Shown: positions 29,958 to 40,724, counted from the first letter of the stretch. The stretch: DNA of 64,000 bases from an uncultured Treponema sp. (GCA_938045195.1 CALINC010000139.1:6039-70038); one strand, 5' to 3'. The notes: a model not told the origin generated them from the sequence alone. Numbers and translations: made by a program.

Positions 29958-32900
29958 ATGGATATTGTAAATAATCGGTATAGAATTGTAAAAAAACTTA
30001 ATACTCATATAGCCAACAATATTGAGGAATTTTTAGCCTTAGATCTTTGGTCGCACGAAGAGGAAATTTCTTTAAAGGTAATCTCCGCTAAAGCTATTTC
30101 GGAAGAAGTTTTTTATTTTATAAAAGACGGATTTATCGTTATTTCCAGCTTTGACGGCACGTACTATTTAAAAGACTATGGATTTGCTTGTTTGAATCTT
30201 CCTTTATCAAATTCTTTTTTAATTGATTCCGATGAAAAATTTTATATTTTTACGAGTGAATATATTTCAAACGGTATTCCGTTATTGGTTTTTGCCCAAT
30301 CGTGTTCAATAAAAGATATACTTGAGATAACCATCAATTTGTGCCGTGCGTTAACGTATATAAATAATGTTGGAATCAGCTATACCAGCTTAAAGCCGTG
30401 CGATATTTTTATCGTTAAAACAAAAACAGGTTTTAATGTAAAGATTAAAGATATTGTAACAAAAAAACTTGAAGATCCTTTTTCGGTTTATTTTTCCGAA
30501 GCAGACAGTCCTTTTTGGACTGACGGTGCATTAAAGATATTCGGTGAAATTATTATTTCAATATTGGCGGGAAGAGAGATTCAGAATAATTTTTTAGCTG
30601 CAATAAATGAGATAAAACGGAATTATAAAGGTAAACTAAATAAAGAAGATGCTTTAATATTGAATTGTTTGTGTTCCATTGCTAAAAAGGCAGTGAGTTT
30701 TAAGCCGGGTTCTAAAAAACTTAAGGTATGTATGCTGCTTCAGGATATAAACCAAAAATTGAATACCGATTATATGATAAATACCATTCCTCCAATGCGG
30801 TGTTTAACGTTAAGACCGCGTATGGTAGGCAAACAAAATTATATAAAAAGCCTTTTACAATCTTTTAAAGAAATAAATTCTGGATATTCAGGAAAAAATA
30901 TATTTATAGTAAAAGGTCCTTTAGGTACGGGAAAAACCCGTTTTTTAAAAGAAATTTTTTTTGAACTATCTTTAGAATATGCAAATATTTATTTCAATCA
31001 TAGAATAAAAACCTATGGCTGTGAATATTTTTGGGAGGATTTTTTGGAGAAAGTCTTTTTAAACTTCCATTCAAAGCAGCAAAATAATGCAACTAAAGAT
31101 GCCATATTAAAAACAGTTCAGGATTTACGTATATTAAAAACGCAAAACGGCAATACTTATAATTATGAGCATTTGAAGTTTAAGCTTTTTAATGAAGCAA
31201 CGGACCTATTTTTTAAGCTGGTAAGTAATTCGTCAGGTTTTATTATTATAGACGATTTACATCTTGCAGACGATTTTATTCTTGAAGTATTTTTATATTT
31301 GACAATGGAAATTACTAAAGTAAAAAAACTCGGAATTATTTTTTCTTATGATGAAATGGTTCAACCGCTTTCTATGAAGTTTGAAGCTTTTTTAAAAATA
31401 CTTAAGCTTTCTAAAAATGTTGAGCACTTTAATTTGGAAAATTTTTCAGTTGATGAAACCATTGCGGTGTTAAAAAATATATTACTGTTAAAATATTATC
31501 CGCGTGAGGTCGGAAAAGTTTTATATCGGCAAACTCAAGGTTCCCCTTTATTTATAGTTGAAATAATTAAGGAATTGGTAGCTTTGCAATTTTTATATAT
31601 CGATAAAGAAACGGGGATGTGGTATGTTTCCATCAATTTGAAGAATGAAGATATATCGGATAAAATTTCTAGAAATATTGGAGAGTCATTAAGAAATCAA
31701 GTTAATGCAGTTTCTCCTGTAGAGAAAAAAGCTATATTTATTATGGTTTTATTTCAGAACACATTTAGAAAAGAATATTTATATGCTCTGCTGCCTTTTT
31801 CGGCATCCACTATAGATAAAATTATTGACTCGCTTTTAAATAAATCGATTATATCCAAAATATATAACTGTAATGAAGTTGAATATGCAATGTCAAATAG
31901 AATGCTTAAAAACATTTTATATAATGATATGACGTTTGAATTTAAGACGGAAAATCATAAAAAAATAAGTAAAATTTTGCAAAAATACGATGTGTTAAAT
32001 AAAAATGAATTAATATGGCATTTGGAACAATCCGGAGATAATAAAACTACGGTAAAATATTACATGGAAAATGTAGAAAAAAATCTTAAAAGTAAAAAAC
32101 TGAATGAAGCTATTTTAAATTGTGAAAAAATTTTAACATTAATAAAGAATGATGAAGAACGATGCCGTATACTTTTAAAAATAGCGGATTTTAATTATCA
32201 GCTTGGTGCTATAAATAAAGAACTACAAGTTCTTAATTCATTATCTGAAATTATTTCTAAAATAAATAATGATGAAATTTTGTCATTATATTATTATCAA
32301 TGGGCAAATTATGCATATATTAACGAAGACGCCGCCAAAGTTTTTCCTTATATGGAAAAGCAAGCTAAATTATATGAAAAATGTAAGTCCATTGAAATTT
32401 GCGTAAATTTACATGCCACAAAATGTATGTACCATAAACTTACACAAAACATAGAAAAATTACAAATTGAAGCCGATGAAATTTTAAAACTTGCAGATAC
32501 TAATGAAAAGTATTTACCGTATAAATGTGATGCGTTGATTTGTTATGGGTATATAAATTATATAAATAAAAAATATAAAAGAGCTCTTAAAAATTATAAG
32601 GAAAGCAGAAAATTATCCATACAATGCCATTATATAAAATGCGAGATTGTAGCAACATATAATATTTCGACAATATATTCTTTTATTGATACGGACATAA
32701 AGAAATCGCTTAGATATATGAGAATGCTTATTAGAAAATGCCGTCAACTGGATTTATTTTCTTTGGAGATTCTTACGTTATTAAATTATTCAATTACCCT
32801 GTCTGAAATTCATAATAATGAAGCAGCTTACAAATATGCGCAAGAAGCTTACCTCAAGGCTGAGGAAAACGATATAATTGCTTTTAAATTTACACGGATT

Positions 32901-35300
32901 GCAAATCTTATTAATATTACAAGAACCTTAAACAAGTACAATGAAATGTTTAAGTATCAAAGAAAAGCTCAAAAAATTTTACAAAAAGCAACCGGCGAAA
33001 ATATTGAAAATATACTTGAGTTCAAATATGTGTATTATTATTTGTTGGCTGATATATATCAGGACTTATGCTACAATAAACTTTCTTATTATTTTTTGAA
33101 GCGAATGATAAAGTTAAAAGAATATAGGAAAACGGAAAGTTTAGCTCTTATGTATTTTAGAATTGAAGCTATGCGGATTATTCTAAAAAAGAAGTCGAAT
33201 ATAGATACTCTGATAAAATATTTAGATTCTTATATACATCATATAAACGTCTATTTGCATAGTTACCGTATTAAAATAATTCCCCGTACACTCATTGACT
33301 CGATGCTTATTTTGACGATTGAGCGTCCTGATATTGATTTTAGTAAATTGATTGTTAAATTACTTGAAACTCAAAACTTTTCCTCTAAAAATTTTCAACA
33401 GGCGATATTATATTATTTTGAATCGATCATAGATAAAAAAAATGAAGAAGTACTTTTGGCTAAAGCCTTGCAAATAGCCAAACATAAAGGGAATATTTTT
33501 TTTAATATAGTACTTAATATAAAATTGGGGCTTTTTTATAAAGATTCGGGGCAAGATGTTCCTGCTATTATGAATTTTTTAGAAGCTCAAAGCAAGATAG
33601 CTCTTATGTTTAAAAATATTCCGCGAAAGTATCATATCCATATATACAATAATTCTTTTTATCATATCGCGTTTGACTATGTAAGAGAATTTCTTAACGG
33701 TAAAAATATATCTAAATTAAAATTATCTAAACCGAATGTTGCGGCTGACGAATTATACAAAATTTTAAATTTATCTCATATTAAAATAATACGCAAAAAT
33801 GTAGAATTTAAGCATGACCTGCTTTCGCTATTGCTGCGTGAGAACGGTTTTGACAACATGTCCTATTCCGATATGTTTAAAATTGACAATGCCGATTTTT
33901 TAATGCGTGAAAAAAAAATCATTCAATTTCTTTCTTTAAACCTTATAGCACCGCAGTATGGTCTATTTATATTAAATCAGCATAATGAGTTAAGCATATC
34001 CGTAATATCTTCTTCATTTTCAGATGACATAAAAACCCTATATGAGTTAATTATTAAGTTCGGTTATGATAGAATAGCAGACGTGCAAAAGATGTTTAAT
34101 AAACCGTGCATGATTATTCCAATAGAACGGAAAAATGGTAACAGCTTTTTTTCGCTTTTAGGTTTTATGGTTTTTGTTTCTGAAAGTATTATAAATAATT
34201 TTTCAAAAGAAGGTAAACAGCTTTGTAAAAATTATGTTAATTTGCTGGCGATGATGATTGAAAGCAATAATTTTAGACAAGCTGCTTCATTTGATGTTTT
34301 AACCGGAGCATTGACAAGAAAAAATCTCGAAATAGCTTTAAAGAACATTTTAAAAAAATCGAGTAAGGCACAAACAAAATTTTCTATTTTACTTTATGAC
34401 TTGGATAAATTTAAAAATGTAAATGATACGTATGGGCATCATATCGGGGATAAAGTTTTAAAGGCCATTGCGGATGCAATTTTTGAGAATTTAAATCAAG
34501 ATCAAAAGCTGGGACGCTACGGAGGTGAAGAATTTGTTATAATTCTTCCTCAAATTGATAAAAATGCGGCGTTTGATTATGCCGAAAAATTTAGAAAAAA
34601 AATTGAGACGATACATTTTGAAGAAAAAAATTTAGAAATAACAATTAGCTTAGGAATTGCTTGTTATCCCGATGATGGTGAAACTATAACCGATTTGATA
34701 CTTAAAGCTGATCAAGCTCTCTACAATGCAAAAAATACCGGTAGAAATAAATCATGTTTGTGGTCTTACGGGCTTGCAAAAAAACAAAAATTTGCGGGCA
34801 TAGTCGGCGGCGGGCATTTAGTTTCAAATGAAGCCGTATATTCCGAAGTAATTTTTGCAGCCATAGAACTTGTAGAAATTTCTAAGATGAAACAGCAAAG
34901 GAAAAAAATGTTTTCGGACTTTTTATTTAAACTTACGAGAATTTTTAATTCGGAAAATTGTGCAATTATTCTCAGTATAAAAAATGCAAAAACTTCTATT
35001 CCAAAATTTCATATTGCAGCAAAATTAGGTTTTGATGTATATAAAATAAATAAAGACTTGACGAATTCGGTATTGAACGGCGATGCGGAAATTTGTCAAA
35101 TTGATTGGGATAATATTGCCGGTAAAAACATTATTACACATATTCCCGAATGGAACTCGATTATGATTACTCCTCTGATAAAAAACGGTACGATAGTGGG
35201 GGCGGTATATTTGGCAACGCCTGAAAAAAAACATGAATTTAATTCAGATAATTTAAGTTTATTACGTTTTTTTGCAGATATTATTTCTGCAAATATTTAA
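29958..35300 (+). CDS. Giant multidomain diguanylate cyclase 1: pseudokinase / STAND-type AAA NTPase / TPR-like / GAF-like / GGDEF / GAF
   Basis: MDIVNNRYRIVKKL, GPLGTGKT, FIIIDDLH, TQGSPLFIVE, DLDKFKNVNDTYGH, GRYGGEEF, ADQALYNAK.TGRN and SIMITPLIKNGTIVGAVYL. ATG 29958 preferred by alignment with the paralog. Confidence 0.9.
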   Translation: MDIVNNRYRIVKKLNTHIANNIEEFLALDLWSHEEEISLKVISAKAISEEVFYFIKDGFIVISSFDGTYYLKDYGFACLNLPLSNSFLIDSDEKFYIFTSEYISNGIPLLVFAQSCSIKDILEITINLCRALTYINNVGISYTSLKPCDIFIVKTKTGFNVKIKDIVTKKLEDPFSVYFSEADSPFWTDGALKIFGEIIISILAGREIQNNFLAAINEIKRNYKGKLNKEDALILNCLCSIAKKAVSFKPGSKKLKVCMLLQDINQKLNTDYMINTIPPMRCLTLRPRMVGKQNYIKSLLQSFKEINSGYSGKNIFIVKGPLGTGKTRFLKEIFFELSLEYANIYFNHRIKTYGCEYFWEDFLEKVFLNFHSKQQNNATKDAILKTVQDLRILKTQNGNTYNYEHLKFKLFNEATDLFFKLVSNSSGFIIIDDLHLADDFILEVFLYLTMEITKVKKLGIIFSYDEMVQPLSMKFEAFLKILKLSKNVEHFNLENFSVDETIAVLKNILLLKYYPREVGKVLYRQTQGSPLFIVEIIKELVALQFLYIDKETGMWYVSINLKNEDISDKISRNIGESLRNQVNAVSPVEKKAIFIMVLFQNTFRKEYLYALLPFSASTIDKIIDSLLNKSIISKIYNCNEVEYAMSNRMLKNILYNDMTFEFKTENHKKISKILQKYDVLNKNELIWHLEQSGDNKTTVKYYMENVEKNLKSKKLNEAILNCEKILTLIKNDEERCRILLKIADFNYQLGAINKELQVLNSLSEIISKINNDEILSLYYYQWANYAYINEDAAKVFPYMEKQAKLYEKCKSIEICVNLHATKCMYHKLTQNIEKLQIEADEILKLADTNEKYLPYKCDALICYGYINYINKKYKRALKNYKESRKLSIQCHYIKCEIVATYNISTIYSFIDTDIKKSLRYMRMLIRKCRQLDLFSLEILTLLNYSITLSEIHNNEAAYKYAQEAYLKAEENDIIAFKFTRIANLINITRTLNKYNEMFKYQRKAQKILQKATGENIENILEFKYVYYYLLADIYQDLCYNKLSYYFLKRMIKLKEYRKTESLALMYFRIEAMRIILKKKSNIDTLIKYLDSYIHHINVYLHSYRIKIIPRTLIDSMLILTIERPDIDFSKLIVKLLETQNFSSKNFQQAILYYFESIIDKKNEEVLLAKALQIAKHKGNIFFNIVLNIKLGLFYKDSGQDVPAIMNFLEAQSKIALMFKNIPRKYHIHIYNNSFYHIAFDYVREFLNGKNISKLKLSKPNVAADELYKILNLSHIKIIRKNVEFKHDLLSLLLRENGFDNMSYSDMFKIDNADFLMREKKIIQFLSLNLIAPQYGLFILNQHNELSISVISSSFSDDIKTLYELIIKFGYDRIADVQKMFNKPCMIIPIERKNGNSFFSLLGFMVFVSESIINNFSKEGKQLCKNYVNLLAMMIESNNFRQAASFDVLTGALTRKNLEIALKNILKKSSKAQTKFSILLYDLDKFKNVNDTYGHHIGDKVLKAIADAIFENLNQDQKLGRYGGEEFVIILPQIDKNAAFDYAEKFRKKIETIHFEEKNLEITISLGIACYPDDGETITDLILKADQALYNAKNTGRNKSCLWSYGLAKKQKFAGIVGGGHLVSNEAVYSEVIFAAIELVEISKMKQQRKKMFSDFLFKLTRIFNSENCAIILSIKNAKTSIPKFHIAAKLGFDVYKINKDLTNSVLNGDAEICQIDWDNIAGKNIITHIPEWNSIMITPLIKNGTIVGAVYLATPEKKHEFNSDNLSLLRFFADIISANI

Positions 35301-35310
35301 AGGTTGTGCT

Positions 35311-38300
35311 ATGGATATACTTAATAACCGTTATAGGATTATAGAAGAATTTCCTCAAGAAACAAAAAATCTTCACTGTTTTTTAGTAGAAGATTTGTGG
35401 AACCTTGAATTACCTTGGTTTGAATTAAAGATGGTAAAGGCTCCTTCAATTGAAGCTGCTTTTATGGATTTTTTACGGGATAAGTTTTTTCTAATAAAAA
35501 AAATTGATTGCAGTTTGTTTTTACCTATATATGATTTTACAAGACTTTTTAATATTGATGGAACAGCGGTTTCTGAAGATTTATATATCTATACTCATGA
35601 ATATATTAAAAATAAAGTGCTGCTTTTAGAATTTTTAAAAACCGCTTCAGCCGAAGAAATTTTAAGTATTATAATTTTTATTTGCAGAGGCTTAAATTAT
35701 ATTTGTAATTATGGATTGGAGTGTATTGATTTTAAATTAGATAACATATATGTTATGCGGGAAAATAAAAAAATGTATTTACGCATAAAAGATGTTATTA
35801 CATTAAAGCTCAATGATTCTATGGAAATTATCGGAAGCGATAATGCCGCTGTAGAAAAATTTGAATACGCCCCGAATGTTTTAAAAAATATATTTTTGTC
35901 CGTACTCAAAGGTCAAGATCTGAAAAATATTGACGACGGCGGATATAAAGCGATAAAAGCTCGTTATTTTTTGAGTGATATTTCTGATGCAGATAAAAAA
36001 ATATTTACGTGTTTATTTAATATTTGTGATAAATTATATCAATATGAAAGAAAAAAAAGAAACTATTTATTTTATCAGATTATTCAAGATATAAATAAAG
36101 AATTGAATACGGAATTTTTTATTGGCTGCGGGTTAGCCTATAATGAAAATATGATTGAATTAAAACCCATAGGGCGATATGCCGATAAAAAACAATTGCG
36201 TTCATATTTTTATGATTTACAAAATAATAAACCCCAAAACAATATATTTTTTATTACTGCACAATTAGGTTCCGGAAAAACTAATTTTTTAACCGAACTT
36301 AATTTTTTGTTTTTGCTGGAAAAATGTAATGTATTTTATATTCCAAGCCTTGACGGCTTTGATGAAGAACAATTCTTTTTGCATATAATGCGTAATGTGT
36401 TATTAAATTTTTCTTCAAGTGAGAATAATTTATCGGAACGGGAGATTCAAGAGGGTATTGCATTTATAACAGCAGAAAATCAAAGTGCAGATAAAATGGA
36501 TATGATAAAATATAAATTGGTAAATCGTATTTCAAATTTATTATTAGAAAAAAAATCACCCGAAATGACAATATTTATTGTAGATGATATTCATTTGGCA
36601 TCTAATTTTATATTAGACATACTGTTATATCTGGCTATTGAAAGTGTACATCATAAAAAAGTTATGCTGATATTTTCTTATGATGAATTCGGAATTAGCC
36701 AAAATGCGTATGCTCAAAGGTTTGTTGATATTTTGATAAATCAAAACACGACAAAAAAAATAAACTTATCCAATTTAACGGAAGATGAAACAGGCTTGCT
36801 GATACGGTATTTAATGGATGTAAGACGTGTACCTGAACTTTTAATTAAAAAAATATATTCACACACATCCGGCAATCCTTTATTTGTTACTGAAATATTA
36901 AAAGAATTGATTTATAACGGTGATGTAAAAAAGGATAAGATAACCGATGTTTGTGAATTATCAAGTAATATGTTAGATTCTTCTTTTTCAATTCAAATTT
37001 CTCCGAATATTGAACAAGCTATCGAAAACCGCATTAAAAATTTAAGTACCGAAGAGCGTTCGCTTTTAAATGCAATGAGTGTTTTTCAAAATACTTTTAC
37101 TTTCGATGAAATTTTGCGGGTAATTAATTTAAATAAAAAAGTTGTAGAAAAATATTTCTTTAAATTTTTAGAAAATAATATAATTACGGAAATTGAGTCT
37201 ACGCATATCCAAGAATATAGTATTGTAAATAAGATACTTCAAAGAACGTTGTATTCACAAATAGATTTTTTGTACAAAGTTGAAATCCACAAAAAAATAA
37301 TGGGTTTAATAAAAGAAAACTCCGAGCTTGCCGTTATGGAATTTATATGGCATGCCGAAGGAGCTGACCTCCTTGAAGAAGCTGTTGAATATTGTATTAA
37401 AAACGAACCGGTGATAAAAAAGATTTACAGTCCTAACGCGTATATTTCTATTTTTGAAAAAATATATACATTTATTACTGACGATAATGTTGATACGCAA
37501 TTATATGTATTACTGCTTATTATGGATATTTATCTTGATATAGAAAACGTGTTTGAATGCATAAATAAAATATTGCAAGCTGAAACATTATTGCAAAAAG
37601 GTGTATCGGATAACAGTTTGCTTGCATTATTATATATTACAAAAATAAATTATGAAATATTAATTAATTCCGATGTTAAGTTAATAGCAAAAATATTACA
37701 GTCTGCCGAAGAAACTGTAAAAAAACTAGAAGATAAATTTGTTTATTTGTCATTGCTTAAAGCCAAGACAAAATTTTTGCAGTACAGTAACAGATATTCG
37801 GAATGTATTGAAACTGCAAAAGAACTTATAGCACTTTGCGGTAACTCTATAAATACTCAATCTTTAAAAGCAGCGGCATTATTGGAGTTAGGAAAAGGAT
37901 ATTATTTTTCAGAGCGTTATGAGTTAGCGGAAAAAACATATCTTGAAGCTATAAAAATAGCTTCGAAAGTTTCAAACTTTAAAGTTAAAAATGCTGCATA
38001 TAACAATCTTGCAATTATTTACGGTAATATCCGGCATGATTTTTATTTAGCATTGAAATATTATGACAGCGCAATAAATGGAAATGAGAGTTATAGTAAT
38101 ATTTCAGTTCAAGTATTGGCTATGTTAAATTCTTGTATTATAAATGCTTTCTTGGGTAATTATCTTGATGCTTATAATATGTGTTTATCTGCAATAAAAA
38201 AAATAAAACAAAATCAACTGTATAATCGCTATTTATTTGCATATACATTATTATATGAGTTTTTACTTTTATTTGGAAAATATGATGCTGCTAGTGCATG

Positions 38301-40608
38301 TAAACTGAGGATTGAAAATTTATTAAATGATATTAGAATTCCGCAGCGGATTTCATATAAAAATTCTTATACTCAAGAGTCAGCGAAACTTGCCGCTGCG
38401 TTTGGTGAATATAACAATGAAAAAATATTATTGGAAAGAACCCTTGCGACGGATGCTTTTACTTTTGAAATAAGAAAAATATTTTTAGAAGCAAGTTTGG
38501 AAATAAACAAATTAATAAGCGGCGAAAAAGACGATATATCCATACTTGAAGCGTATTATACACAGATGTTTTGCAGTAAATATGCCAAAACGCTGTATGT
38601 AGTATTTTATAATATCCTCGAATCATTATCACAGCTTGTTGTAATGCGCAGGGATATTGATTTTTCTCCTATATTAAAATATATTGCAAAAACAGATATT
38701 TCAATTTATTCCGATACTCTGCATGGAATAGTTAATTTTCTGTTATCATTTTTTGATAAAGAAAATGCAGAACAATATTTGCTTAAAGCTAATTTGCAAC
38801 ACTCAATAAATTTAAACCATACCATAAATATCAACACAGAACTTGCTTTATTGTATTTAAGTCAGGGTAATATTGATCTGAGTGCCGTAAAATTTATTGA
38901 AGTTCAAAAATCAATTTGTCTTATTATGAAGTCAATACCCAATGAAAAACAGCTTGCTTTTTTTAATGCTCATAATTATGGTTTAGCTTTTATTGTTGTA
39001 AAAGATTGTTTGGAAAAAAAATTAAAATCCAACTATCTGAATTATAAAAAAAATTTTACATTTCAAGAGATGCAAAGAGCATTAGCAACGGATTTCGTTA
39101 CTATCTTTAAGAATAATCCCGGCTTTATGAATAGCATCGTTACAAAACTAAAAAACACGACTAAATTTAAAAATAAAACTTTAGATGATGTTATAAAAAA
39201 ATTTTCAAATAACTTTTTAAAAAATATAAAGACACTTTTGGAATTTGCTGAAATAAATTTACTTGCAACCGATAGTAATATATTTATTGTTGATTCTGAT
39301 AATAATATAAACCCACTGTTTAAATTCGGCAAAAATAAAATTATAGAAAAAATTGCGCAGCTTTTAAAAAATTCGAATTATGATATTGAGAACGTTTCAA
39401 AACATCAAGCACTTCCTGCAAATATAATTGTGCCGATATATCCATTAAATTATGATAATGCTGAAACGGATGTAATTGCATATATTATATTTGTTTCAAA
39501 TCGGGACATAAATACATGTACTGAGGTGGAATTTAATTTATGTAGAAGTTTAAAAAATATTTTTACGTTTTTGATTGAAAGTTATAAATTACAGCAAGAT
39601 GCTTCAACGGATAAACTTACATCCGCTTTAACGAGAAAATATACGGAAACGGCTTTAAATGAATTGTTTTTATTATCAAAACAGACAGGAAAACCGTTTT
39701 CAATTTTAATGTATGATTTGGATCATTTTAAAATTATAAATGATACATACGGGCATCAATTAGGAGATGTTGTATTAAAGGGAATTGCAGCTGCAACAAT
39801 GCAAGTTTTACACCATGAACAAATTCTTGGGCGTTTCGGCGGTGAAGAATTTATAATTTTACTGCCCGAACTTAATGCAAAAGAGGCTTATGTAATAGCA
39901 GAAAAAATACGTAAACAAGTTGAGCTTTTAACATTTGATAATCGGGATGTAAAAATAACCGTAAGTATTGGTGTCGTGTCTTATCCTCAGCATGCAGCTA
40001 CACCTTATGACCTTTTATTAAAAGTAGACCAAGCATTGTATAATGCAAAAAACAGCGGAAGGAATAGCGTTTGCATTTGGCAAGAGGGGCTTGCTTATAC
40101 CGAAAAAAAAGCCGATAGACTGGCAGGTATTATCACCGGGCATTCTTCTATCGACGTTAAAAATAGTCTACTATTTAACGAAATCACCGCTTCAATACGG
40201 AAAAATATGACTAAATCGGAACGGCTTACTTTTTGTTTGGCAAAAATAAAAGAAGTGATGGCTGTAGATACGGCTCTTATTATTCCGGTAAAAGGATGCA
40301 AAGCGGCAGCAAATATTTTGAAAGTACCGTCCCATGAAGATTCCGGTTTTAAATTGAATAACGCATTTATTAAAAATGTAATTAATTCAAAAACGGGAAT
40401 GTTCCAAATTGACTGGGACAATATAGCCGGCAAAAATAAAATGATCGGTATACCGACTTGGAATTCGGTATTGATTACGCCTGTTATTTATGGTGAAAAA
40501 ATTAAAGCACTTCTTTACCTCATCAGTTCGATTCGAGGGAAAGAATTTTCTGCAAATGATTTAAATATGGCTAATTTTCTTGCTTCTTGTATTGCGGCAT
40601 TTTTTTAA
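35311..40608 (+). CDS. Giant multidomain diguanylate cyclase 2, paralog with the same architecture
   Basis: MDILNNRYRII, DFKLDNIY, AQLGSGKT, IFIVDDIH, TSGNPLFVTE, AYNNLAIIY, DLDHFKIINDTYGH, GRFGGEEF and C-terminal GAF. ATG is 10 nt after the previous stop. Confidence 0.9.
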   Translation: MDILNNRYRIIEEFPQETKNLHCFLVEDLWNLELPWFELKMVKAPSIEAAFMDFLRDKFFLIKKIDCSLFLPIYDFTRLFNIDGTAVSEDLYIYTHEYIKNKVLLLEFLKTASAEEILSIIIFICRGLNYICNYGLECIDFKLDNIYVMRENKKMYLRIKDVITLKLNDSMEIIGSDNAAVEKFEYAPNVLKNIFLSVLKGQDLKNIDDGGYKAIKARYFLSDISDADKKIFTCLFNICDKLYQYERKKRNYLFYQIIQDINKELNTEFFIGCGLAYNENMIELKPIGRYADKKQLRSYFYDLQNNKPQNNIFFITAQLGSGKTNFLTELNFLFLLEKCNVFYIPSLDGFDEEQFFLHIMRNVLLNFSSSENNLSEREIQEGIAFITAENQSADKMDMIKYKLVNRISNLLLEKKSPEMTIFIVDDIHLASNFILDILLYLAIESVHHKKVMLIFSYDEFGISQNAYAQRFVDILINQNTTKKINLSNLTEDETGLLIRYLMDVRRVPELLIKKIYSHTSGNPLFVTEILKELIYNGDVKKDKITDVCELSSNMLDSSFSIQISPNIEQAIENRIKNLSTEERSLLNAMSVFQNTFTFDEILRVINLNKKVVEKYFFKFLENNIITEIESTHIQEYSIVNKILQRTLYSQIDFLYKVEIHKKIMGLIKENSELAVMEFIWHAEGADLLEEAVEYCIKNEPVIKKIYSPNAYISIFEKIYTFITDDNVDTQLYVLLLIMDIYLDIENVFECINKILQAETLLQKGVSDNSLLALLYITKINYEILINSDVKLIAKILQSAEETVKKLEDKFVYLSLLKAKTKFLQYSNRYSECIETAKELIALCGNSINTQSLKAAALLELGKGYYFSERYELAEKTYLEAIKIASKVSNFKVKNAAYNNLAIIYGNIRHDFYLALKYYDSAINGNESYSNISVQVLAMLNSCIINAFLGNYLDAYNMCLSAIKKIKQNQLYNRYLFAYTLLYEFLLLFGKYDAASACKLRIENLLNDIRIPQRISYKNSYTQESAKLAAAFGEYNNEKILLERTLATDAFTFEIRKIFLEASLEINKLISGEKDDISILEAYYTQMFCSKYAKTLYVVFYNILESLSQLVVMRRDIDFSPILKYIAKTDISIYSDTLHGIVNFLLSFFDKENAEQYLLKANLQHSINLNHTININTELALLYLSQGNIDLSAVKFIEVQKSICLIMKSIPNEKQLAFFNAHNYGLAFIVVKDCLEKKLKSNYLNYKKNFTFQEMQRALATDFVTIFKNNPGFMNSIVTKLKNTTKFKNKTLDDVIKKFSNNFLKNIKTLLEFAEINLLATDSNIFIVDSDNNINPLFKFGKNKIIEKIAQLLKNSNYDIENVSKHQALPANIIVPIYPLNYDNAETDVIAYIIFVSNRDINTCTEVEFNLCRSLKNIFTFLIESYKLQQDASTDKLTSALTRKYTETALNELFLLSKQTGKPFSILMYDLDHFKIINDTYGHQLGDVVLKGIAAATMQVLHHEQILGRFGGEEFIILLPELNAKEAYVIAEKIRKQVELLTFDNRDVKITVSIGVVSYPQHAATPYDLLLKVDQALYNAKNSGRNSVCIWQEGLAYTEKKADRLAGIITGHSSIDVKNSLLFNEITASIRKNMTKSERLTFCLAKIKEVMAVDTALIIPVKGCKAAANILKVPSHEDSGFKLNNAFIKNVINSKTGMFQIDWDNIAGKNKMIGIPTWNSVLITPVIYGEKIKALLYLISSIRGKEFSANDLNMANFLASCIAAFF

Positions 40609-40652
40609 CGGTATAAAAATAGAAGATTGTGTATGTATTGTTTGAAAGAGAG

Positions 40653-40724
40653 TCGGGCAGGGGGGATTTGAACCCCCGACTTCTTGGTCCCGAACCAAGC
40701 GCGCTACCCCTGCGCTACTGCCCG
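40653..40724 (-). tRNA. tRNA-Pro(CGG), CCA not encoded
   Basis: CGGGCAGTAGCGCAGGGGTAGCGCGCTTGGTT-CGG-GACCAAGAAGTCGGGGGTTCAAATCCCCCCTGCCCGA folds as a cloverleaf. Confidence 0.96.
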
